64,000 nucleotides of DNA from an uncultured Chloroflexia bacterium (GTDB taxonomy: Bacteria > Chloroflexota > Anaerolineae > Anaerolineales > UBA4823), in the NCBI GenBank assembly GCA_963726315.1, contig CAVSBZ010000005.1, forward strand, positions 1,794,829-1,858,828, written 5' to 3'. The position numbers were made by a program, and so were the translations under genes. Under the pieces are notes generated by a model. It had not been told where the DNA came from and made no database searches. It was given only the letters and a program-made list of their open reading frames with translations. Shown here in pieces: positions 9,617 through 19,442 of this stretch; position 1 is the stretch's first letter; every line of letters begins with the position of its first letter.

Positions 9617-10984
9617 TTATGTCTTATTGCTCTCTAAAATATTTCGCAGAGATAATCTCGATCTTTCGGCAAATGCGACTGCGCGTTCTCTTTTTCCTTT
9701 TAGTTTCACTTCCAATTCTGGTAATATGCCAAAATTTCCTTTCATCGGCTGAAAATCTCTGGCCGCGGCGTGAGTGATATAGTATACCAAAGCCCCTGAT
9801 ATTGTGGTTTGTGGCAAAACGATCATCGGTTTTCCCACGAGAAAGTTTGCTGCATTCCAACCAGCTAGATAACCGGTGGCAATATTACCAACATAACCCT
9901 CAACCCCTGTAATCTGACCAGCAAAGAAAAGACTTTCCCTGTGTTTATATTGCAAGGTTGGTTGCAGTAATGCTGGAGAGAAAATATAGGTGTTACGGTG
10001 CATCTGCCCATAACGCACAAATTCTGCCTGCCCCAATCCAGGTATTAATCGGAATGCTCTTTCTTGCTCAGAATATTTGAGGTTGGTCTGAAACCCGACG
10101 AGATTATAAAGACTCTTTGCCAGGTTATCTTGCCGCAGTTGGACTACCGCGTAAGCACGCTTTCCGGTCCTGGTATCAATCAATCCGACCGGTCGCATCG
10201 GTCCAAACGATAAGGCATCCTTTCCCCGCCTGGCAATTATTTCTATCGGTAGGCAGCCTTCGAAATACTTCTCCGCCCCCGCAGTTACTCCCGTCGTTAC
10301 CTTGCGTTCAAAATCAAGAAGACTAATCTTCTCGGCTCGAATCAATTCATCCACAAAGTTGTAATATTCATCCATGTTCATGGGGCAATTAATATAATCA
10401 CCCTGACCCAATTCAGTGCTTTTACTATAACGCGATGCCTGGTAGGCAATATCCATATCAATTGAATTTCTACTGACGATGGGTGCCAGAGCATCGAAAA
10501 AATATATCTGGTCATATCCGGTCAGTTTTTGAATTGCTTCTGTCAATTTTTTTGATGTCAATGGTCCTGAAGCAATGATGGTGGCTTCTGTAGGGATTTT
10601 TGTAATCTCTCGTCTAACAAGCTCAATATTCGGATGAGCTTCAATCCTTGCGGTGACTTTTTGGGCAAATAGCTCGCGATCTACGGCTAACGCTCCACCT
10701 GCAGGGACGGCAGTCTCATCAGCACATTGAATTAATAACGAGCCGAGAGATCTCAGTTCCTCTTTTAGTACTCCGGCAGCTCTATCGGGTAGATTGGAAC
10801 CAAGGGAGTTGGAACAAACTAACTCCGCCAGGCAGTCACTCTGATGTGCGCCTGTCTTTGCCACAGGTCGCATTTCATACAATCGCACTTTAATGCCGCG
10901 TATTGCTGCCTGCCAGGCTGCTTCTGATCCTGCCAACCCTCCTCCAACAATAATCAATTCTGCCTTACTCTTATAAGTTTTCAT
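9617..10984 (-). CDS. trmFO: Methylenetetrahydrofolate--tRNA-(uracil-5)-methyltransferase TrmFO
   Basis: 455 aa. FAD dinucleotide fold IIVGGGLAGSEAAWQ at the N-terminus and TrmFO/Gid-like sequence throughout. Confidence 0.88.
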   Translation of the reverse strand: MKTYKSKAELIIVGGGLAGSEAAWQAAIRGIKVRLYEMRPVAKTGAHQSDCLAELVCSNSLGSNLPDRAAGVLKEELRSLGSLLIQCADETAVPAGGALAVDRELFAQKVTARIEAHPNIELVRREITKIPTEATIIASGPLTSKKLTEAIQKLTGYDQIYFFDALAPIVSRNSIDMDIAYQASRYSKSTELGQGDYINCPMNMDEYYNFVDELIRAEKISLLDFERKVTTGVTAGAEKYFEGCLPIEIIARRGKDALSFGPMRPVGLIDTRTGKRAYAVVQLRQDNLAKSLYNLVGFQTNLKYSEQERAFRLIPGLGQAEFVRYGQMHRNTYIFSPALLQPTLQYKHRESLFFAGQITGVEGYVGNIATGYLAGWNAANFLVGKPMIVLPQTTISGALVYYITHAAARDFQPMKGNFGILPELEVKLKGKRERAVAFAERSRLSLRNILESNKT

Positions 10985-11160
10985 TATTCTAATTTTACCA
11001 AATCCAGTTTTATAATATCCTTAAGCATGTGTTCCTAATAATGACTATGCGCATAGTTTTATTCCTAATTTTATTCTGATTTTACTAATTTAAGCTGATA
11101 GGTTCTGACAGGGCATTTTGGCATAATTGAGTGGCAACTCCATTTTGAAAGGATTACCAA

Positions 11161-12315
11161 ATGCGGGAAGTAGCAATTATTGGAATTGGTCAAACCTCTG
11201 TTGACGAACACTGGGAAAAATCACTTAAAGAATTAGCCGGAGAAGCGATCTTTGCTGCTTTATCAGATGCCAAACGTGATTCTGCTGAAGCACTCTATAT
11301 CGGCAATATGCTTTCGGGAATCCTTAGTAAACAGGAGAACATTGGTGGGTTGATCTCCGATTGGATCGGTTTACCTGGGATGGAAGCCGAAAAGGTCGAA
11401 GCTGCTTGCGGTTCAGGAGCAGCTGCATTTCGCGCAGGATTGATGGCGGTTGGCTCCGAGGAAGTGGATAGTGCCCTGGTGCTCGGAGTGGAAAAGATGA
11501 CCGAAAGTTTGCCGGTTGAAACAACAGAAGCATTGGCGACTGCTGCCGATGCAGATTATGAATCAGCTCAAGGTCTATCGTTCGTAGCGATCAATGCATT
11601 GGTGATGCAGCTCTATTTACATACATACGGTTGGAAACACTCCGATTTTGCAGCCTTTTCGATCAATGCCCATGCCAATGGCTTTCATAATCCATATGCC
11701 CGCTTACGAGAAAAGATCACCGAAAAAGACTATGTGAATGCCAGGATGGTGGCTGATCCAATCAATCTGCTGGATGCTTCACCCACAGGTGATGGTGCTG
11801 CTGCAGTATTATTAGTCCCAGCTGAAACAATTTCCGCTCACGACCATCGCATTATAAAAATTATCGGCTCAGCATCTGCCACAGACTCAATAGCAATTCA
11901 TAGCCGGAAAGATCCACTTTGGCTCTCCGCAGCTGAAAAATCTGCTGCTAAAGCCTATGATCAGGCAAAGGTGGGTCCCCAGGAAATCGATTTTTTTGAG
12001 TTGCATGATGCATTTTCGATCATGTCGGTGCTTTCTTTGGAAGCATGTGGTTTTGCTGAACGCGGTAAAGGACCAATTCTCGGGATTAGGGGAGATATTA
12101 CCCTGAAGGGGAGAATTCCGATCACCACACGCGGCGGTCTCAAGGCTCGTGGACATCCAGTTGGTGCGACCGGTGTTTATCAAATTGTGGAAGCTGTTCA
12201 ACAGCTGCGCGGGGAAGCTTCACTGACACAAATTGAAGGCTCCAGGATCGGGATGACCCAGAACATTGGTGGGAGTGGCGCAACTATCATCACTCATATA
12301 CTTACGAACAATTAA
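11161..12315 (+). CDS. Thiolase-like protein (archaeal/SCP-x-type acetyl-CoA acetyltransferase family)
   Basis: 384 aa. Active-site Cys context VEAACGSGAAA and C-terminal NIGGSGAT. No DUF35 partner adjacent, unlike the 42965-46286 cluster. Confidence 0.75.
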   Translation: MREVAIIGIGQTSVDEHWEKSLKELAGEAIFAALSDAKRDSAEALYIGNMLSGILSKQENIGGLISDWIGLPGMEAEKVEAACGSGAAAFRAGLMAVGSEEVDSALVLGVEKMTESLPVETTEALATAADADYESAQGLSFVAINALVMQLYLHTYGWKHSDFAAFSINAHANGFHNPYARLREKITEKDYVNARMVADPINLLDASPTGDGAAAVLLVPAETISAHDHRIIKIIGSASATDSIAIHSRKDPLWLSAAEKSAAKAYDQAKVGPQEIDFFELHDAFSIMSVLSLEACGFAERGKGPILGIRGDITLKGRIPITTRGGLKARGHPVGATGVYQIVEAVQQLRGEASLTQIEGSRIGMTQNIGGSGATIITHILTNN

Positions 12316-12335
12316 TCATTGTTATAATTTCGAAT

Positions 12336-12366
12336 AAAAAAAAGACCAGCAAGTTGGTCTTTTTTA
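12336..12366 (+). terminator. Rho-independent terminator after the thiolase gene
   Basis: A-run, then stem AGACCA (12343-48) / TGGTCT (12355-60) with a 6-nt loop, then TTTTT (12361-65). Confidence 0.6.
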
Positions 12367-12449
12367 GCTTAATTCGAGAATAATGATATGATTAGTGGAT
12401 GACGAATAGCACTAGAGATGCATTTCCGCCTGTGGTATTCTAAAATGCT

Positions 12450-12794
12450 ATGCATGAACTAGCTGTCACCGAAAGCATCCTTGAGATTTCGCTACGCCAC
12501 GCAGAGGAAGCTAATGCAAAACGTATCACCAACCTTTATCTGGTGATCGGGCAGCTTGCCAGTATTGTGGACGATTCGGTCCAATTTTACTGGGATATTG
12601 TCGCAAAGGAAACAATTGCAGCCGGATCCGTACTGCATTTTCGTCGGCTTCCTGCCACACTGGCATGTTTGGATTGCAGCCACCAATTCCAGCCTAGCGG
12701 AGACGGGTTTGCTTGTCCAAATTGCGACAGCGACCATGTCAAGGTAATATCCGGTGATGAATTTTTTATGGAAGCGATTGATGTCGAATCCTAG
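12450..12794 (+). CDS. hypA: Hydrogenase nickel-insertion protein HypA
   Basis: 114 aa. MHE N-terminus and zinc site CLDC-X12-CPNC. Confidence 0.85.
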   Translation: MHELAVTESILEISLRHAEEANAKRITNLYLVIGQLASIVDDSVQFYWDIVAKETIAAGSVLHFRRLPATLACLDCSHQFQPSGDGFACPNCDSDHVKVISGDEFFMEAIDVES

Positions 12795-12809
12795 AATAAA
12801 ACCTGCTTA

Positions 12810-13466
12810 TTGAATGAGATGACTAAGAATATCCTTGTTGTTGAAAAAATCTTGAGCGCCAATGATCGTATCGCGGCAGAAAACCAGGCTATCTTCGATG
12901 CTGCGGGGATAAAAGCGTTCAACCTGATGGCTTCTCCTGGTGCTGGTAAAACTTCGCTCATCGAGCAGACAGTCAAACGCTTGTTGCCAGTAATGAATCT
13001 GGCAGTCATTGATGGTGATATCGCGACCAACCTGGATGCTGAAAGAGCCAAAGCTGCTGGTGCAGTCGCGGTGCAAATCAACACTGGCGGAGATTGTCAC
13101 CTCGATGCCGTCATGCTCAACTCTGCCTTGAAGCAAATGGATTTAACCGGAATCGGTTTAATCATCGTAGAGAATGTTGGCAACCTGGTGTGTCCGGCAA
13201 GCTTTAAGCTCGGTACCCACAAAAGCGTCTTGATCGCTTCTATCCCTGAAGGTGATGATAAACCCTACAAATATCCTGGGATGTACCGAGGGGTAGATGC
13301 TCTGGTAATCAATAAAATTGATCTTCTACCTTACGTTACATTTAATATGGAATTTTTCCAAAAAGGCGTTGAAATCCTTAATCCGGGCGTTGTAACCTTC
13401 CCTCTGTCATGCAAGACCGGACAAGGGTTGGATAATTGGATCGAATGGATCAGACAGAACGCATAG
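12810..13466 (+). CDS. hypB: Hydrogenase nickel-incorporation GTPase HypB
   Basis: 218 aa. P-loop SPGAGKTSL, ENVGNLVCP and NKIDL motifs. Confidence 0.9.
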   Translation: MNEMTKNILVVEKILSANDRIAAENQAIFDAAGIKAFNLMASPGAGKTSLIEQTVKRLLPVMNLAVIDGDIATNLDAERAKAAGAVAVQINTGGDCHLDAVMLNSALKQMDLTGIGLIIVENVGNLVCPASFKLGTHKSVLIASIPEGDDKPYKYPGMYRGVDALVINKIDLLPYVTFNMEFFQKGVEILNPGVVTFPLSCKTGQGLDNWIEWIRQNA

Positions 13467-13499
13467 GTTCTACCTCTATCCAAGGATATCAGAATTAAG

Positions 13500-15851
13500 A
13501 TGATCGGAACAAGGATCCATATTACAGGTATTGTGCAGGGGGTGGGCTTTCGCCCATTTGTGTTTACCCAAGCTGTACAAAAGGGGTTGACCGGATGGGT
13601 ATGTAACACATCTGCCGGAGTAGATATTGAAGTCACCGGTGAACAGGTCGAAATATCGCAATTTATTGAAACACTGCAATCCAAAGCACCACCTCTAGCG
13701 CGCATCGATTCTTTCAATATCCAGCAAATACCACTCAAATCATATGATAGATTTGAGATCCTCGATTCCCAAACGTTATCGGATGCATTTCAGCCCATAT
13801 CTCCAGATATAGCGATATGTTCAGAATGTTTACAGGAACTGTTCGATCCATCTGATCGGCGCTATCATTATCCATTCATCAACTGCACCAACTGCGGACC
13901 CCGCTTAACCATAATTGAAGATATCCCCTATGACCGGCCGAAAACAACCATGCACGACTTCGCCATGTGCTCTGACTGCCTTGCAGAGTACACCGACCCG
14001 ACCAATCGCCGGTTCCATGCTCAACCTATTGCCTGCCCGGAATGTGGTCCTCATGTATGGCTGGAATACGCAGTTCGTAATACTAAAGCAGGAAATAAAG
14101 TTTTACGTGGGGATGATTCGATTCATGAAGTTCAACGACTTTTGCTGGCAGGAAAAATTGTGGCAATCAAAGGTCTGGGAGGCTTTCACCTGGCATGCGA
14201 CGCAACAAATCCTAAGGCAGTCGCAGAACTCCACTGCCGCAAGCTTCGCGTAGATAAACCATTCGCTGTCATGATCTCAGATTTGGCGACCGTTGAACAG
14301 CATTGTACAGTCACACAAGCAGACCTTAAATTACTCGAATCTAAAGAACGTCCCATTGTGCTCCTGCCTCGAAAAGAATCTTCGTCAATTGCGCTTGAAG
14401 TTGCCCCAGAACAGAAAACCCTGGGTGTGATGCTCCCATATACACCGCTTCATTACCTTTTATTCGCTCCTGCCGAAGGCAAGAAATCATTGATAAAGTC
14501 TCATAAAACCTTCGTAATGCCACCTCTCGTAATGACGAGCGGTAACATTAGCGAGGAACCCATTGCAATCGATAATGAAGAAGCTATTGAACGATTATCT
14601 GGTCTGGCCGATGCATATTTAATGCATGATCGACCTATCAGGACGCGTTGTGATGATTCAGTTATGCGCACATATGATGAGGAGACTTTTCCTATCCGCA
14701 GGTCACGCGGTTACACGCCGTTTCCAGTTTATTTATCATCAAAATCACCCCCTTTGCTTGCCACCGGTGGAGAATTAAAAAACACATTTTGCATTGTTCG
14801 GGACCGTTATGCATTTTTAAGTCATCACATTGGCGATATGGAAAATGTAGAGACCTTCCATTCCTTCCAGGATGGCATCACTCATTACGAAACGCTTTTT
14901 CGATGTAAGCCTGAAGCAATCGCCTATGATCTTCACCCAAATTATCTGGCGACCCGTTATGCACTCGAGCGCGCCCACCGGGACGGTTTGCCTTCATTGG
15001 GTGTTCAGCATCACCACGCCCATATAGCTTCATGTATGGTAGAACATTCACTACCCGCGGATCAGCCGGTGATTGGAATCGCTTTCGATGGTACCGGATA
15101 TGGTGCGGACGGCGCAATCTGGGGCGGAGAGTTTCTGCTCGCTGATTATCGAAGCTATAAACGAATCAGTCATTTGAAATATGTTCCCCTTCCAGGTGGA
15201 GATACTGCAATTCGCAAGCCTGCTCGGATTGCGCTGGCATACTTGTGGGCAAATAATTTAGACTGGGACCAGACGTTGCAGCCGGTAGCATCCCTATGCG
15301 TCGAGGAACGTTCGATAATAAAATCTCAACTAGAATTAAAAATCAATACACCACTTACTTCCAGCATGGGTAGATTATTCGATGCCGTAGCTTCCATTTG
15401 CGGAATCCGGCAGGTAGTGAATTATGAAGCCCAGGCTGCCATCGAATTCGAAACCCAGGTTGATCCAAATGAGACTGGTGAGTATGGATTTAGCTTAGAA
15501 AATGACATAAATTCCGAGAATTCAGCTACTCAAATCAATCCGTCTCTTCTTCTCCAGCAGGTGATTACTGATCTGAATAACGGGCTTCCTGTTTCAAAGA
15601 TCTCAGCCCGTTTTCACAATACAATTGCAATGATTGCTTACAGCGTGAGTGATCATATCCGGAAAGAATTTGGTGTCGATCAGGTTGTTCTGAGCGGAGG
15701 TGTATGGCAAAATATGACACTTCTTCGGAAAACCTGTGATTTATTAAGTTCCGAAAACTTTAAGGTAGTTATCCACCGACAGGTACCAACAAATGATGGC
15801 GGGCTGGCGCTTGGTCAGGCAGTAGTGGCTATCCATACTATGATGACTTGA
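13500..15851 (+). CDS. hypF: Carbamoyltransferase HypF
   Basis: 783 aa. Acylphosphatase-like N-terminus (GIVQGVGFRPFV), two zinc-finger pairs (CSEC..CTNCGPR; CSDC..CPECGP), YrdC-like and Kae1-like regions. Confidence 0.9.
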   Translation: MIGTRIHITGIVQGVGFRPFVFTQAVQKGLTGWVCNTSAGVDIEVTGEQVEISQFIETLQSKAPPLARIDSFNIQQIPLKSYDRFEILDSQTLSDAFQPISPDIAICSECLQELFDPSDRRYHYPFINCTNCGPRLTIIEDIPYDRPKTTMHDFAMCSDCLAEYTDPTNRRFHAQPIACPECGPHVWLEYAVRNTKAGNKVLRGDDSIHEVQRLLLAGKIVAIKGLGGFHLACDATNPKAVAELHCRKLRVDKPFAVMISDLATVEQHCTVTQADLKLLESKERPIVLLPRKESSSIALEVAPEQKTLGVMLPYTPLHYLLFAPAEGKKSLIKSHKTFVMPPLVMTSGNISEEPIAIDNEEAIERLSGLADAYLMHDRPIRTRCDDSVMRTYDEETFPIRRSRGYTPFPVYLSSKSPPLLATGGELKNTFCIVRDRYAFLSHHIGDMENVETFHSFQDGITHYETLFRCKPEAIAYDLHPNYLATRYALERAHRDGLPSLGVQHHHAHIASCMVEHSLPADQPVIGIAFDGTGYGADGAIWGGEFLLADYRSYKRISHLKYVPLPGGDTAIRKPARIALAYLWANNLDWDQTLQPVASLCVEERSIIKSQLELKINTPLTSSMGRLFDAVASICGIRQVVNYEAQAAIEFETQVDPNETGEYGFSLENDINSENSATQINPSLLLQQVITDLNNGLPVSKISARFHNTIAMIAYSVSDHIRKEFGVDQVVLSGGVWQNMTLLRKTCDLLSSENFKVVIHRQVPTNDGGLALGQAVVAIHTMMT

Positions 15852-15873
15852 TGGTATATGATTTGGAGGTTTT

Positions 15874-16113
15874 ATGTGTCTAGCTGTACCGGGAAAAATC
15901 CTGGATATATACGAAACGAACGGTCTGTTGATGGGCAAGATTGATTTCGGAGGCGTTACTCGCGAAGCCTGCTTAGCCTATGTGCCTGAGGCGAAAGTTG
16001 GAGACTACACCATTATTCATGTGGGTTTCGCTTTGAATTTGATCGATGAACAGGAAGCCATGGAGACATTATCGCTCCTGGATGAGATTTCGAGGCAGGA
16101 CATCGAAGAATGA
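15874..16113 (+). CDS. hypC: Hydrogenase assembly chaperone HypC
   Basis: 79 aa starting MCLAVPGKI (conserved Cys2). Confidence 0.85.
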   Translation: MCLAVPGKILDIYETNGLLMGKIDFGGVTREACLAYVPEAKVGDYTIIHVGFALNLIDEQEAMETLSLLDEISRQDIEE

Positions 16114-17198
16114 AATATTTATCTGAATATCGAGATGCCCATCTGGTTCAGTCTGTAATGGATGAAATATCTCGCACTATTCACCATCCCTGGGTAATCA
16201 TGGAAATTTGCGGTGGTCAAACGCATTCCATCATGAAATCTGGCTTGGACCAGCTCTTACCTGAGGGTTTAGAGCTGGTGCATGGACCGGGTTGCCCGGT
16301 ATGTGTAACCTCACTGGAAATGATTGATAAGGCGGTCGCAGTTGCATCCGAACCGGGTGTGATCTTCACATCTTATGGTGATATGCTGCGGGTACCTGGT
16401 TCAAATGGAGATCTTTTTTCAGTCAGGGCAGCTGGCGCTGATATCCGCGTGGTGTACTCGTCCTTGGACGCAGTTAAAATTGCACAGGACAACCCAAATA
16501 AACAGGTCGTTTTTTTTGCTATCGGGTTTGAAACCACGGCTCCGGCTAATGCGATGAGCGTTCTCCTGGCGCAAAAACTGGGAATAAAAAATTTTAGTTT
16601 ATTAATTTCCCAGGTCAGGGTTCCTCCCGCAATGCATGCAATACTCAGCTCTCCCAATAACCGGGTACAGGGATTTCTGGCAGCTGGTCATGTGTGCACC
16701 GTAATGGGTTTTTGGGAATACCCTCCACTGGCAAAAAAATACGGGGTTCCCATTGTTGTGACTGGCTTTGAACCACTGGATATTTCCCAGGGGATTTTAT
16801 ATGTGGTCAGGCAGTTGGAAAAGGGCACATATGAAGCTGAAAATGCCTATTCACGTGTGGTTAACTTCGAAGGAAACATCCCCGCTCAGAAAGTAATACG
16901 CCAGGTGTTTGATGAGTGTGATCAAAACTGGCGCGGTATTGGTAAAATCCCTAATAGCGGGTGGAGACTTAAACCCGAATTTGTGGAATTCGATGCTGCC
17001 GTAAGGTTTCAAGTCGAATCCATACAACCCTCAGAGTCACCAATATGCATTGCCGGGCAGATCTTACAGGGATTAAAAAAGCCGTTTGATTGTCCTGCTT
17101 TCGCTGAACAGTGCACTCCTGAGCACCCTCTGGGAGCCACTATGGTGTCATCCGAAGGTGCCTGTTCAGCGTATTATCGCTATGGAAGGTCCCAATGA
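16110..17198 (+). CDS. hypD: Hydrogenase formation protein HypD
   Basis: 362 aa. CGGQTH and GPGCPVCV motifs. Overlaps hypC by 4 nt. Confidence 0.9.
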   Translation: MKYLSEYRDAHLVQSVMDEISRTIHHPWVIMEICGGQTHSIMKSGLDQLLPEGLELVHGPGCPVCVTSLEMIDKAVAVASEPGVIFTSYGDMLRVPGSNGDLFSVRAAGADIRVVYSSLDAVKIAQDNPNKQVVFFAIGFETTAPANAMSVLLAQKLGIKNFSLLISQVRVPPAMHAILSSPNNRVQGFLAAGHVCTVMGFWEYPPLAKKYGVPIVVTGFEPLDISQGILYVVRQLEKGTYEAENAYSRVVNFEGNIPAQKVIRQVFDECDQNWRGIGKIPNSGWRLKPEFVEFDAAVRFQVESIQPSESPICIAGQILQGLKKPFDCPAFAEQCTPEHPLGATMVSSEGACSAYYRYGRSQ

Positions 17199-18274
17199 CA
17201 GAAGAATTACCGGATTTGCAAGGTCTTGTTTGCCCTGTTCCATTACATCACAATCAAAGGATTGTCATGGGACATGGTAGTGGAGGCCGGATGTCATTCG
17301 ACCTGATATCGAAGGTATTTGCCTCACCTTTTGACAATCCGATCCTAAGGGCAGGAGATGATGCAGGTGTAGTAACTATTCCAAACGAAATTGATCCACT
17401 GGGTTCGAAACTCGCCATCAGCACTGATTCTCACGTGGTAATGCCGCTTTTCTTTCCTGGTGGCGATATTGGCAGGCTTGCTGTCTGCGGGACGGTTAAC
17501 GATGTCGCTATGATGGGGGCGAATCCTCTATATCTGACCGCGGGTTTTATTTTGGAAGAGGGGTTGGATATTGAAATTTTGAAAAGGGTAGTTGAGTCTA
17601 TGCGGATCACTGCCCTGGAAGCAAATATCCAGATTATTGCCGGTGATACCAAAGTAGTCCAGAATGGGAAAGCAGATGGGATGTACATCAATACAACCGG
17701 TGTAGGGATCATCCCTAACCATGTAAACATCAGTGGATGCAATGCCAATCCTGGTGATGTCGTGATCATATCCGGATCAATCGGTGACCATGGGATTGCC
17801 GTTCTTGCCGCTCGAGGCGAGCTTCATTTCGAAACTCAAATTACATCCGATGTCGCCCCATTGAATAGTCTGGTTTCATCGATTTTAAACGCAACCAATC
17901 AGATCCACGTTTTGCGTGATCCGACCCGCGGTGGTCTGGCAACCAGCTTGAATGAGATATCCGTCCAATCCCGTGTTGGAATACAAATTTTTGAAGATAC
18001 CATCCCGGTGAAGCCTGCAGTGGCTGCTGCCTGTGAAATGCTGGGCTTTGATCCGTTATACGTCGCCAATGAGGGTAAACTGGTAGCAATCGTAGCAAAA
18101 AATGCAGCAGATGAAGTACTTTCGGTGATGAAAGATCATCCCCTCGGCGTGAATGCATCGATCATAGGCACAATCACCGATAACCCGGCCGATCATGTGA
18201 CGGTGAGGACAAGTTTTGGCACTACACGTATGGTCGACATGCTGTCTGGCGAGATGCTACCCCGGATTTGTTGA
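17195..18274 (+). CDS. hypE: Hydrogenase maturation protein HypE
   Basis: 359 aa. AIR-synthase-like fold with C-terminal ...PRIC. Overlaps hypD by 4 nt. Confidence 0.9.
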   Translation: MTEELPDLQGLVCPVPLHHNQRIVMGHGSGGRMSFDLISKVFASPFDNPILRAGDDAGVVTIPNEIDPLGSKLAISTDSHVVMPLFFPGGDIGRLAVCGTVNDVAMMGANPLYLTAGFILEEGLDIEILKRVVESMRITALEANIQIIAGDTKVVQNGKADGMYINTTGVGIIPNHVNISGCNANPGDVVIISGSIGDHGIAVLAARGELHFETQITSDVAPLNSLVSSILNATNQIHVLRDPTRGGLATSLNEISVQSRVGIQIFEDTIPVKPAVAAACEMLGFDPLYVANEGKLVAIVAKNAADEVLSVMKDHPLGVNASIIGTITDNPADHVTVRTSFGTTRMVDMLSGEMLPRIC

Positions 18275-18315
18275 TTTATCGTCCCGGAATTGTAGTAGTG
18301 TAAACTCAGGGAATT

Positions 18316-18888
18316 TTATCTGCCCGCCTTATTGATCACAATCCAGGCGGTTGAATTTTCAACTTCAATATTGACCACCGCACCAGGAAGGTCGAACGCA
18401 GCAGCAATATTCTGAGGGGATAAAAAATGGCTGCGCATCAAAGCCAGCTTTTCTACCAGGGCTATAATTTTTACCGGGAAGGTTCTGATATCTGGTTCTT
18501 GAATAACAATCCGCCCACCGGGTCTGAGAACCCTCCACAACTCATTTAGCGTTATTCGGTAATCATAGACGTGATGGAGTGCATCCACCATGATAATCTT
18601 CTCGAACAATCCATCTTTAAAAGGTAATTGTTCTGTCGCGGAACATACTGTCATTAATCCATCTTTATTCCCCGCCTGGTTAAGCATTCCCATTGAAGAA
18701 TCGGCGATAACAATACCCGACACCAATCCAATCAGGCGATGAGATTTGCCACCTGTGCCCCCTGCTGCATCGAGTAGTAACCCAGTTGCAGGTAACTCGA
18801 GCAACCTAGTGAACATACCAGGATCGCCTGGTTTTAAAAACCGGTCATAATAAGGAGCCAGGAAATCAAAGTGATTGAACGGTTTCAT
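18316..18888 (-). CDS. Class I SAM-dependent methyltransferase
   Basis: 190 aa. Motif I LLDAAGGTGG and post-I acidic residue context. Confidence 0.7.
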   Translation of the reverse strand: MKPFNHFDFLAPYYDRFLKPGDPGMFTRLLELPATGLLLDAAGGTGGKSHRLIGLVSGIVIADSSMGMLNQAGNKDGLMTVCSATEQLPFKDGLFEKIIMVDALHHVYDYRITLNELWRVLRPGGRIVIQEPDIRTFPVKIIALVEKLALMRSHFLSPQNIAAAFDLPGAVVNIEVENSTAWIVINKAGR

Positions 18889-18958
18889 TTCCTCTCACAG
18901 ATATTAAAGAGCCCCCTGTATCAGGAGGCTCTTTACTAATTTATCTTTTAGTGTGTAA

Positions 18959-19198
18959 CTAAAACTCATCTTCATCTATATACAGGTCATCGTCTTCTTC
19001 ATCAACATCAACGTCTTCCCAATCATCCAATTCATCGCCTTCATCTTCCTCTTCGTCCCACTCATCTTCTGTTTCGACATCATTCGCACGGGAGTAAGTC
19101 ATACATCCCATGTCAGGATCAATCTCCACAGCAGCTGCTCCACAATATCCATCGTCCAGGAAAACACAATCAACGTAATGGCATCGTATACGGGGCAT
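18959..19198 (-). CDS. Small Cys-rich (DUF1540-like) protein with poly-acidic tail
   Basis: 79 aa. N-half CHYVDCVFLDDGYCGAAAVEIDPDMGC; C-half is almost only D/E. AGGAGGA 6 nt upstream of the ATG. Confidence 0.5.
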   Translation of the reverse strand: MPRIRCHYVDCVFLDDGYCGAAAVEIDPDMGCMTYSRANDVETEDEWDEEEDEGDELDDWEDVDVDEEDDDLYIDEDEF

Positions 19199-19442
19199 CG
19201 AATCCTCCTGCTAAAATGTAATCACATTCCGTCATATCTTTATCCAAGATCAACTTATAAGTCAGTTTTCCAGACGGCAGTGATTTTACCTCAGTTCGTG
19301 GAAACAGAATAGTATCTGTCAAGAGTAAATTTCAACCTTTTTCCCATTTTGAAATGTGAGGCGACATTATATCACCACATTTATAAAATAGTTGTTCAGC
19401 TGGAATTGTGTTGAGTAATATACAGTCCCCCTTATAGTATTC

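Noticed and set aside
10985-11160. Short direct repeats (TTCCTAAT..., ATTCTGATTTTAC...) in the trmFO/thiolase divergent intergenic region
   Set aside because: The region is AT-rich and promoter-like. The repeats are short and imperfect, with no defined structure or motif I can support.
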